Shown: piece by piece, positions 27,495 to 35,434 of the stretch
How the letters are laid out: each line of letters starts with the position of its first letter
How positions within the stretch are numbered: position 1 is the stretch's first letter
Assembly: GCA_035275585.1 (NCBI GenBank)
Contig: DATEML010000013.1
Span: forward strand, 47,983 to 111,982
Direction of reading: 5' to 3'
DNA: 64,000 nucleotides
From: Steroidobacteraceae bacterium
Lineage (GTDB): Bacteria > Pseudomonadota > Gammaproteobacteria > Steroidobacterales > Steroidobacteraceae
Made by a program: the position numbers and the translations under genes
Notes under the pieces: generated by a model
Told to the model about the DNA's origin: nothing
The model's database searches: none
The model's input: the letters and a program-made list of their open reading frames with translations, nothing else

Positions 27495-28990
27495 GCGGCG
27501 GGCAGGCGCGCGAGAACCTCTGCCAGGCGCGCGAGCTCCAGCGGCTTCATGAGATACGCGTCGAACACCGCCCCGCCCTGCGCGTCGCGGGCCTCGATGG
27601 CATAGCCTGACAACGCCACCAGGTGCGGCGTCGAGGCGCCGCCACGCTGCCGGATCAAGTCCGCGAGCGCATAGCCATCGATTCCCGGCAACCCGATGTC
27701 GAGCAGCACCAGCTGCGCGTCGAAGTGTTCCAGCTCTCGCAGCGCCGCCACGCCGTCACGAACCGTGACGACCTCGTGACCTTCCATCTCCAGCAGCACG
27801 GCCAGCGACGTCGCTGCGTCGGCGCTGTCATCGACAACCAGAATCCTTCGCGCTGCCGTAGGCGTCGCGACCGCTTCCTCCGGCACGCGTTCCGTCAGCA
27901 CACCCTGCGGCAGCGTGATCGTGAACTCGCTGCCGCGACCCGGTCCGGCACTGGCGACCTCGATGCGGCCGCCGTGCAGCTCGATGAGACGCTTCGCGAC
28001 TGTGAGTCCAATGCCGAGACCGCCTTGCGCCCGATCGAGCGATTGATCGCCTTGCACGAACAGGTCGAACACGTGCGGCAGGATCTGTGCATCGATGCCA
28101 GCGCCCTCGTCCCGTACGCGAATCTGCACCTGGCCATCCGCGGCGCGCGCAGCGGCGACGTGGATACGCGCGCCGTCGGGCGAGAACTTCGCTGCGTTCG
28201 TCAGCAGGTTGCCGACCACTTGAGTGAGCCGGACCATGTCGCCGTCGATCCGCAGCGGCTCTGGCGGGGCATCGACGGTCACCGGGTGCCGTCGCTCCGC
28301 GAACATCGGCCGCGCGGCCTCCAGCGCGCGCTCGACAACGTCCTGTGCGACCAGGGTCTGCCGCTGCAGCTCGATCTTGTCGCGGGTGATGCGCGCGACG
28401 TCCAGCAGGTCGTCGATCAACCGCGCCAGATGCGACGCCTGCCGCTGCAGTACGCCGCTCATCTGCTGAACGGTCGACGGCTCGTAAGCACGAGTGCGAA
28501 GAATTGGTGCGATGTTGAGAATCGGCGCGAGCGGGTTGCGCAACTCGTGCGCGAGCATGGCCAGGAACTCGTTCTTGCGCCGGTCCGCCTCCAGCAGCAA
28601 GGCTTCGCTGTCGAGGAGCTTGCGATGCGTGACCTGCAGGCGGTGCAGGATCTCGATCAGGGCTGCGCACAGGAGCACGAAGAACGTCACGTGGGCCACC
28701 CAGCCGAACGGGTCGCTCCAGCGGAAGTCGTCCTGGAACAGCAGCGTGCAAAGGACTGGGCTCGCCAGCGCGATCAGCCATGCGGGGCCGCGGCCGCACA
28801 GGTAGCAGGTCAGCAGCACCGGCAGCACGAACGGCAGCAAGGGACTGTGCCCGCCGATGAGCGGAGTCAGCACCGTGCGTGCGAACGCCGTACAGGCCAG
28901 CAGGCCGATTGCCAGCCCATAGCGAAGCCAGGCCGGCTCGGCCTGCAGCCTGGGGCCGACCAGTGAATCCCGGACTCGGGCCTGCATCAC
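27470..28990 (-). CDS. Hybrid histidine kinase with DUF4118-like membrane sensor and REC domain
   Basis: 4 TM N-terminus; KNEFLAMLAHELRNPL; NLLTNAAKF; GLGIGL; VVDD..DIGLP..KP. Confidence 0.92.
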   Translation of the reverse strand: MMQARVRDSLVGPRLQAEPAWLRYGLAIGLLACTAFARTVLTPLIGGHSPLLPFVLPVLLTCYLCGRGPAWLIALASPVLCTLLFQDDFRWSDPFGWVAHVTFFVLLCAALIEILHRLQVTHRKLLDSEALLLEADRRKNEFLAMLAHELRNPLAPILNIAPILRTRAYEPSTVQQMSGVLQRQASHLARLIDDLLDVARITRDKIELQRQTLVAQDVVERALEAARPMFAERRHPVTVDAPPEPLRIDGDMVRLTQVVGNLLTNAAKFSPDGARIHVAAARAADGQVQIRVRDEGAGIDAQILPHVFDLFVQGDQSLDRAQGGLGIGLTVAKRLIELHGGRIEVASAGPGRGSEFTITLPQGVLTERVPEEAVATPTAARRILVVDDSADAATSLAVLLEMEGHEVVTVRDGVAALRELEHFDAQLVLLDIGLPGIDGYALADLIRQRGGASTPHLVALSGYAIEARDAQGGAVFDAYLMKPLELARLAEVLARLPAAQRGVLSR

Positions 28991-29115
28991 CCTCCCGATG
29001 CTCCCTGTCAGTTTCTTGTTCGAATGTTCACTTGGAGTGCTCTGGGGGACCCAACGCCGGCGGACGCCCCCGGTTCCTCGGCTATGATAATTCCTACCAC
29101 AAGGGGAGCATCCAG

Positions 29116-29922
29116 GTGAGCGAAAGCTTCGTGCACTACGCGGCCGCCGACGGCGTCGCGACCTTGACCCTGAGCCGCCCCGAGAGCCGCAATGCCATCG
29201 GGGCCCAGCAGGATTGCCTCGACGTCATCGACGCCGTCCGCCGGGCGGAAGACGACGCCGCCGTCAGCTGCATCATCCTGACGGGAGCCGGAGCGAGCTT
29301 CTGCGCCGGGGGAAACCTCAAGGGCATGCAGGCCCGCAGCGGTATCGGCCGCCTCGGCACGCCCGAAGCGACGCGTACCAACTATCGCCGCGGCGTCCAG
29401 CGCATGATCCGCGCCCTGTGGGACTGCGAGGTGCCGATGGTCGCCGCGGTCAATGGTCATGCGATCGGGCTCGGGCTCGACCTCGCGTGTATCTGCGACG
29501 TCCGCCTCGCAGCCGATACCGCGAAGTTCGCCTCCAGCTTCATCAAGGTCGGTATCGTGCCGGGCGACGGCGGGGCCTGGATTCTGGCGCGAGCCATCGG
29601 CCTGTCACGCGCGTCCGAGATGATCCTGACGGGCGACACGATCGACGCTCGCACGGCCGAGTCGATTGGACTGGTGTCGCGCGTCGTGCCCGGCGATCAG
29701 CTGCTGAACGAAGCACACACCGTTGCCCGCCGTATCGCCGTCAACCCGGCGAAGGCATTACGTCTTGCCAAGCGCCTGCTGCGTGAAGGCCAGCAGCAGC
29801 GGTTGAGCGACGTCCTGGAACTGTCGGCGGCATTCCAGGCGCTGGCGCACGAGACGAAAGATCACGAAGAAGCCGTCGCGGCCTTCCTCGAGAAGCGCGA
29901 GCCACGGTTTACAGGACAGTGA
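29116..29922 (+). CDS. Crotonase/enoyl-CoA hydratase
   Basis: LSRPESRNA, FCAGGNL, NGHAIGLG, VGIVPGDGG; GGGAG RBS + GTG. Confidence 0.9.
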   Translation: MSESFVHYAAADGVATLTLSRPESRNAIGAQQDCLDVIDAVRRAEDDAAVSCIILTGAGASFCAGGNLKGMQARSGIGRLGTPEATRTNYRRGVQRMIRALWDCEVPMVAAVNGHAIGLGLDLACICDVRLAADTAKFASSFIKVGIVPGDGGAWILARAIGLSRASEMILTGDTIDARTAESIGLVSRVVPGDQLLNEAHTVARRIAVNPAKALRLAKRLLREGQQQRLSDVLELSAAFQALAHETKDHEEAVAAFLEKREPRFTGQ

Positions 29923-29941
29923 GCCGCGCGCGGAGCGCACC

Positions 29942-31096
29942 GTGCACGCCTTCAGATTCGATCCAGTCACACTGCCGGCCGGCGCTGCTGCATTCCGCAA
30001 GGAGATTCGCGAGTTCCTCGCGCGCGAGCTGCCGAACGTGCCAGCGGAGCGTCGTGCCAACTGCTGGGCAGTGTTCGATGCGGAGTTCTCGCGCAAGCTC
30101 GGAGCGCGCGGCTGGATCGGCATGGTGTGGCCGAAGCAGTACGGCGGTCACGAGCGCAGCGCGCTCGAACGTTACATATTGCTCGAAGAGTTGCTCGCGG
30201 CCGGCGCACCGGTCGGCGCGCATTGGATCGCGGACCGCCAGTCGGGGCCGAACCTGCTGCGCTACGGCTCGGAGCAACAGCGCCGAAGCTATCTGCCCGG
30301 CATGGCGCGAGGCGAGATCCTCTGCTGCATCGGCATGTCCGAGCCCGGCGCGGGATCGGACCTCGCCGCCGTCCGGACGCGCGCCGAGAAACTGCCGGAC
30401 GGCCGCTGGCGCATCAACGGTCAGAAGATCTGGACGAGCAACGCGCAACACAGCCAGCTGATGATCGCGCTCGTGCGCACCGGCCCGCTCGACGAGAAGA
30501 ACCGGCACTCGGGCCTGAGCCAGTTCCTGCTGGAGCTGCGCACACCCGGCATCCGCATCCAGCCGATCGTCGACCTGGTCGGCCATCCCGGCTTCAACGA
30601 GGTGTTCTTCGACGACGTCGTAGTCGAGCCGCACTGCCTGCTCGGCGCCGAAGGCGAAGGGTGGCAGCAGGTGACGAGCGAACTGTCGCTCGAGCGCAGT
30701 GGTCCGGAACGCTACCTCTCCAGCTTTGCGCTGTTCCTCGAGCTCGTGCGCCTCGCCGGCCGCGTCGACTCCGAGGCGCTGCGACATGCAGTCGGCCGGC
30801 TCACCGCCGAGTTGTGGACGTTGCGACAGATGTCGCTCTCGGTCGCCGGCCAGCTCGCCGCCGGCGAGGATCCGATGCTCGCGGCCGCGATCGTCAAGGA
30901 TCTCGGCAATACGTTCGAGCAGGCGCTGCCCGCGCTCGTGCAGTCGCTCGTCGGTGAGGACATCCGGCTCGAAGACGACAGTGACCTCGCCCGGACACTC
31001 GCATTGCTGCTGCAAACGTCGCCATCATTCAGCCTGCGCGGCGGCACGCGCGAGATTCTTCGTGGCATCGTCGCACGCGGCCTGGGGTTGCGCTGA
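29942..31096 (+). CDS. Acyl-CoA dehydrogenase (catalytic-type subunit)
   Basis: GMSEPGAGSDLA, INGQKIWTS, FNEVFFDDV, LSLERSGPER, LRGGTREILRGIVA. Confidence 0.92.
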   Translation: MHAFRFDPVTLPAGAAAFRKEIREFLARELPNVPAERRANCWAVFDAEFSRKLGARGWIGMVWPKQYGGHERSALERYILLEELLAAGAPVGAHWIADRQSGPNLLRYGSEQQRRSYLPGMARGEILCCIGMSEPGAGSDLAAVRTRAEKLPDGRWRINGQKIWTSNAQHSQLMIALVRTGPLDEKNRHSGLSQFLLELRTPGIRIQPIVDLVGHPGFNEVFFDDVVVEPHCLLGAEGEGWQQVTSELSLERSGPERYLSSFALFLELVRLAGRVDSEALRHAVGRLTAELWTLRQMSLSVAGQLAAGEDPMLAAAIVKDLGNTFEQALPALVQSLVGEDIRLEDDSDLARTLALLLQTSPSFSLRGGTREILRGIVARGLGLR

Positions 31097-31097
31097 C

Positions 31098-32102
31098 ATG
31101 AGCGAGCAACGACAACTGCTCGCCGACAGCGCCGCACGCGCGTTCGCGTCGCACGACCGGCAGCGCAACTCCTGGCAAGCGCTCGAAGAGCTGGGTATCG
31201 CGGACATTCTCGTCGCCGAAACGAGCGGCGGAACCGGCGCGGACTGGGACGACGCGTGCGCCGTGCTGCAAGCGAGCGGACGCTGGCAGATTGCATTGCC
31301 GCTCGCCGAAGCGATGCTCGCGCGCAAACTTGCGGCCGATGCGGGTCTGGAGGTGCCGCCGTCGCCGATCAGCATCGCGCCGGACGCAACGGGCGTGCTC
31401 TCGCGAGATGGGCGTACGTGGAGATTCTCCGGCGTGCTGCCGAGCGTGCCCTGGGGACGCGACGTCGCCCACGTCGTCACGTCGCTGCGGTTCGAGGATC
31501 GTCCGCACACTGTCGTTCTGTCCGTTACGGATGCGAATCTGCACAAACGGACAAACCTTGCGGGCGAGCCGCGAGACGATCTGCGATTCGACGCCGTTCC
31601 GGCGCTCGCTGCACAAGCAACGTGCAGAGAGGCACAGCACCTCTTCTACTACGCGGCGCTCGCACGCACGGCGCAGATCGCCGGCGCGCTCGAATCGGCG
31701 CTCGAACGCTCGATCGCTTACGCCCTGGAGCGCAAACAGTTCGGCCGACCGATCGGACAGTTCCAGGCGGTGCAGCAGCAACTGGCGCTATTTGGAGCAG
31801 AAACGGCCGCGGCCCTCTGTGCCAGCCGCTCAGCGGCGATTGCTGCGACCGCGGGCGATGCCTCGTTGCAAATCGCCGCGGCCAAGCTGCGCGCAAACCA
31901 GGCTATCGGCGTTGCGACCGCAACCGCGCATCAGGTCCACGGCGCGATCGGCTTCACGTGGGAGTTTCCCCTGCGCCACGCGACGCAACGCTTGTGGTCA
32001 TGGCGCTCCGAGTACGGCAACGACCGCTTCTGGAGCGAGCAACTCGGTCGGACGGTCATCGCACGCGGCGCGGACACTTTCTGGACCGACCTGACACGAT
32101 AG
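31098..32102 (+). CDS. Acyl-CoA dehydrogenase, short partner-type subunit
   Basis: ERKQFGRPIGQFQAVQ and AHQVHGAIGFTWE; N-terminal domain reduced. Confidence 0.85.
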   Translation: MSEQRQLLADSAARAFASHDRQRNSWQALEELGIADILVAETSGGTGADWDDACAVLQASGRWQIALPLAEAMLARKLAADAGLEVPPSPISIAPDATGVLSRDGRTWRFSGVLPSVPWGRDVAHVVTSLRFEDRPHTVVLSVTDANLHKRTNLAGEPRDDLRFDAVPALAAQATCREAQHLFYYAALARTAQIAGALESALERSIAYALERKQFGRPIGQFQAVQQQLALFGAETAAALCASRSAAIAATAGDASLQIAAAKLRANQAIGVATATAHQVHGAIGFTWEFPLRHATQRLWSWRSEYGNDRFWSEQLGRTVIARGADTFWTDLTR

Positions 32103-32116
32103 GATTTTTCTGTGTT

Positions 32117-32194
32117 TCTTCGCCGCGTTTTCCTGTTCGTTCGTCGCGGACGCACGGACGCGCGGTCAGTTTCGCGCGAACGACAGCGCATAAT
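32117..32194 (+). promoter_or_regulatory. LytTR-type direct repeat and -10 upstream of the LytS/LytTR operon
   Basis: TCTTCGCCG-N12-CGTTCGTCG (32117-32146); CATAAT at 32189-32194. Confidence 0.5.
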
Positions 32195-32230
32195 CATATT
32201 CCCACACGGCATTACCTCAGGGCAGAGATC

Positions 32231-33361
32231 ATGACAGCGTATGAGGCGCCGCTCGGCGCAACCGTTCCTGCGTCCGATGCATCGAAATCAACACCGGGGA
32301 CCGGTGCAGCGACGCGGCGCACGATGATGCAGATCCACGTGTTCAGCGCGCTGTTCTGGGCAGCGATGTTCACGATGCACACAACACAGATGCTCCTGGC
32401 CAACAATCGCGAAGACTGGCATACGATCGGCTGGCGCGCGGCGATGAACGTGCTGGCATTCGTCCTGTGCATCCCACTGGGCAAGGTGATCGCCGGAACG
32501 CTCGAGCTGCGCCTGTCGCGGCGCATCGTTGCGATCGGCAGCGCAGCTCTGCTGATCGCCATCGTGTACGCTCTGGTCGGCTACTACGTCTGGACGATCG
32601 TGCTGGAAAATCCGCCGATGCCCTACTCCTGGCTCGCTGGCCTGATCATCCAGTCGCAATACAACTTCATTCTGTTTCTGCTGTGGTGTGCGTTCTGCTC
32701 GGCGATCCTCTACGCCATGCTGCTGCAGGAGCGCGAGCGCAGGCTGTTGCACGCACAGGTGCTGGCGCGTGAGGCCGAGCTGAAAATGCTCCGCTACCAG
32801 ATCAATCCGCACTTCCTCTTCAACACGCTCAATGCGGTCTCGGCACTGATCGTGACCGACCAGGCGCTCGCCGCCGACGCGATGATCAGCAAGCTGGCGC
32901 GCTTCTTCCGCAACGCTCTGAGCCGCGAGTCGACCGCAAAGGTCACGCTGGCGGAGGAGCTGCGCGTGCAGCTGGAGTATCTCACCATCGAGCTGACCCG
33001 CTTCCCCGAGCGCCTCAGCTGGTCGACGCACATCGAGCCGGGCCTGGACAACGCGCTCGTGCCGCATCTGATCCTGCAGCCGCTGGTCGAGAACGCAATC
33101 AAACACGGTGTCGCGCGCACTGCTGCGCCGGTGGAGCTGAAGCTCAGCGCGGCTCGACGCGGCGGCGAGCTGCTCGTGAGCGTGGAGAATGGAGTCGGAG
33201 TGAAGTCCGACCTCCAGCATCAGGCAGGCGAGCGCGTCGGGCTCGCGAATGTCGCGCGCCGTCTCGAGAACTTCTACGGACCGGCCGCCGGCCTATCGGC
33301 CGCGCAACGGGATGGACGGTTCACGGTCGATCTGCGCCTGCCGCTCGAATTGACCTTATGA
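32231..33361 (+). CDS. LytS/YehU-family sensor histidine kinase
   Basis: 4-5 TM; LRYQINPHFLFNTLNAVS; TLAEEL; ILQPLVENAIKHG; VGLANV. Confidence 0.93.
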   Translation: MTAYEAPLGATVPASDASKSTPGTGAATRRTMMQIHVFSALFWAAMFTMHTTQMLLANNREDWHTIGWRAAMNVLAFVLCIPLGKVIAGTLELRLSRRIVAIGSAALLIAIVYALVGYYVWTIVLENPPMPYSWLAGLIIQSQYNFILFLLWCAFCSAILYAMLLQERERRLLHAQVLAREAELKMLRYQINPHFLFNTLNAVSALIVTDQALAADAMISKLARFFRNALSRESTAKVTLAEELRVQLEYLTIELTRFPERLSWSTHIEPGLDNALVPHLILQPLVENAIKHGVARTAAPVELKLSAARRGGELLVSVENGVGVKSDLQHQAGERVGLANVARRLENFYGPAAGLSAAQRDGRFTVDLRLPLELTL

Positions 33362-34179
33362 CAGCATTGCGAGTGATCGCGATCGATGACGAGCCCCTGG
33401 CGTTGCGCCGCCTGGAATGGTGCCTGCAGGACGTTCCGGACGTCGCGCTGATCGGCAAGACCGGCAACCCGCAGCGCGGCCTCGAGCTGATCCGCAGCCT
33501 CGCGCCGGACGTCGTGCTGCTGGACGTCGAGATGCCCGAGTTGAGCGGCTTCGAGCTGATCGATCAGCTCGGGGCGCTCGGCGGGCCGGACGACGGAGCG
33601 ATGCCGGAAATCGTGTTCGTGACGGCGTTCGATCACTTCGCCGTCAAGGCATTCGCGGTCAGCGTCGTCGACTATCTGCTGAAGCCGGTCGAGCGCAGCC
33701 GGCTGATCGAAGCCCTCGAACGCGCCCGCGTGCGCCGCGAGCTGCGCGACGCGCACGCCCGCGTCCAGGAATTGCGCGAAATCATCGACAACCTGCGCAC
33801 CGACCGGCGCGGCGACGCCCAGAAGAAGTACGAAACCGAGCTGTGGATCCGCGAAGGCGATGCACGGGTGCGGGTGCCAGTCGAAATGATCGAGCGCCTG
33901 GAAGCCGACGGCGACTACGTCCGCCTGCACGTCGGCCAACGTGTCCGGCTGATGCGCGCACGTCTCGGCGATCTCGCCGAGCGGCTCGATCCTGCGAAGT
34001 TCGTGCGCGTGCATCGCTCGGAAATCGTGCGGCACGATCTGATCGCGGCGATCCGCCGTCACGAGTCCGGTCGCACGTTCGCGGTGTTGTCCGGCGGTCG
34101 GGAAGTTCCCGTCAGTCGCCGCTATGTCTCGCGCGTCGCGCACGCATTACGTTTTCGTAAGCAACAGCACAGCGCTTGA
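33358..34179 (+). CDS. LytTR family DNA-binding response regulator
   Basis: IDDEPLA, LDVEMP, FVTAFD, DYLLKP; LytTR domain EADGDYVRLH..FVRVHRSEIV..VSRRY. Confidence 0.95.
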   Translation: MTALRVIAIDDEPLALRRLEWCLQDVPDVALIGKTGNPQRGLELIRSLAPDVVLLDVEMPELSGFELIDQLGALGGPDDGAMPEIVFVTAFDHFAVKAFAVSVVDYLLKPVERSRLIEALERARVRRELRDAHARVQELREIIDNLRTDRRGDAQKKYETELWIREGDARVRVPVEMIERLEADGDYVRLHVGQRVRLMRARLGDLAERLDPAKFVRVHRSEIVRHDLIAAIRRHESGRTFAVLSGGREVPVSRRYVSRVAHALRFRKQQHSA

Positions 34180-34242
34180 GCCGAGAGCGCGCAGAGCGCG
34201 CGATTTCCCGTGTCTGCCGATGCATGCGTTGCTCGCCGCTAC

Positions 34243-34309
34243 CGTTGGTCGTCGCGGCACGGCGCTTCGACGCAAAACTCAGCGGAACAAATTGCACTCG
34301 CTCTAGCCT
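34243..34309 (+). promoter_or_regulatory. LytTR-type direct repeat and -10 for AraC copy 1
   Basis: CGTTGGTCG-tcgcggcacggc-GCTTCGACG, then TAGCCT 31 nt later. Confidence 0.55.
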
Positions 34310-34343
34310 ATTCCCCGTGTGATTTGGCAACGCGGGCTCGTCG

Positions 34344-35336
34344 ATGGGTTCAATCATCCGGCGCTTCGTTTCGAACGGTCTGAGTGTCAGCGCCCACACG
34401 GCGCAGGGAACCGAGATTCACTGGATGCCAGCGGGTCGCACCGCGCCGGAAGTCATCGCCGGCGTTCCATCCGTGCATGCGGCGTGGAATGGCAGCTACC
34501 CGCTATGCGTCGATGGCCGCGCGCTCAGGGTGGAAGAAGAAGTATTCCTCGTGCTCAATGCCGGTCACGTGCTCACGACGCAGGGCCGGCGCGACCCGGG
34601 CACATGCATGCTCAGCATCTACTTCGCGCCCGAACTGCTGGCGCAAGCCTGTAATGCACTCGCTCCCGCCGACCGCGAGCTGCTGATTGCGTGCTCGGAA
34701 GGCCGGGGATTGCGTCTTTTCGAGCATCTGCGCGAGTGCGACCGCTCGTTCGCCTCGGTCATGCACTACGTCGCACATCACATCTGCGCGGGCGTCGACG
34801 ACCCGCTGTGGTACGAGGAACAAGTGGGTTTCCTCCTGCGACGGCTCCTGACGCACGAGATCTCGCTCGCCCGCACAGTCAGCAACATGACGCACATGAG
34901 TTCGTGGAAGCGTCGCGAAACTTTCACGCGCCTGTCACGGGTCGCCGACCTGATCCATTCCGGTTATGACCGTCCGCTGACGATCGACGAGTTAGCCGAA
35001 GCGTCGCACTGGTCGCGTTTTCACATGATGCGCGAGTTCAAGGCGGTGCACGGCATCAGTCCGTACGAGTATCTGCAACGGCGTCGGACACAAACGGCCG
35101 CACGGCTGCTGTGCTCGACGGAATTGTCCGTCGCGCAAATCGTCGAGCGCACCGGTTTCCACGAACGCAGCACGCTGGTGCGTCGCTTGCGGCGCAGCCG
35201 CGGACTCGGCGCGCGTGCCCTGCGCACGCTCGCCCAGGAAGAAGGCACGCAATCATCGCAAGTGATGCCTCACAGAATGCCAACGGCTGCCGCATCCGGT
35301 GTGAATTCCACCACTAGCATCTCCTCACTGCGCTAA
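34344..35336 (+). CDS. AraC family transcriptional regulator, copy 1
   Basis: Double HTH: YDRPLTIDELAEASHWSRFHMMREFKAVHGISPYEYL..ERTGFHERSTLVR. Confidence 0.92.
   Translation: MGSIIRRFVSNGLSVSAHTAQGTEIHWMPAGRTAPEVIAGVPSVHAAWNGSYPLCVDGRALRVEEEVFLVLNAGHVLTTQGRRDPGTCMLSIYFAPELLAQACNALAPADRELLIACSEGRGLRLFEHLRECDRSFASVMHYVAHHICAGVDDPLWYEEQVGFLLRRLLTHEISLARTVSNMTHMSSWKRRETFTRLSRVADLIHSGYDRPLTIDELAEASHWSRFHMMREFKAVHGISPYEYLQRRRTQTAARLLCSTELSVAQIVERTGFHERSTLVRRLRRSRGLGARALRTLAQEEGTQSSQVMPHRMPTAAASGVNSTTSISSLR
35276..35320 (+). promoter_or_regulatory. Putative TBDR-1 promoter inside the AraC-1 3' tail
   Basis: AATGCCAACGGCTGCCGCATC..TAGCAT; the same 39-nt spacing is seen in copy 2. Confidence 0.45.
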
Positions 35337-35349
35337 AAGCGCACGAAAT

Positions 35350-35412
35350 GGGGACATTCCTCGTTCGGAAGTGACATCAGTCACTGTCCGACCGAGGAAT
35401 GTCCCCTTTTTT
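35350..35412 (+). terminator. Long hairpin plus U-tract in the TBDR-1 leader
   Basis: GGGGACATTCCTCG/CGAGGAATGTCCCC 14-bp stem, then TCGGA/TCCGA and AGTGAC/GTCACT, loop ATCA, followed by TTTTTT. Confidence 0.7.
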
Positions 35413-35434
35413 GTTCACGCAGGAGGGCTTCTCG

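Noticed and set aside
34255-34269. Sigma54-like GGCACG box in both araC promoters (also about 38565)
   Set aside because: GG-N10 is followed by CG or CA, not the required GC at -12; the sequence is better explained as the 12-bp spacer of the LytTR repeats.
35350-35406. Hairpin with a bulged G as a possible attC site
   Set aside because: No RYYYAAC/GTTRRRY cores flank it and it ends in a U-tract, so it was treated as terminator-like.
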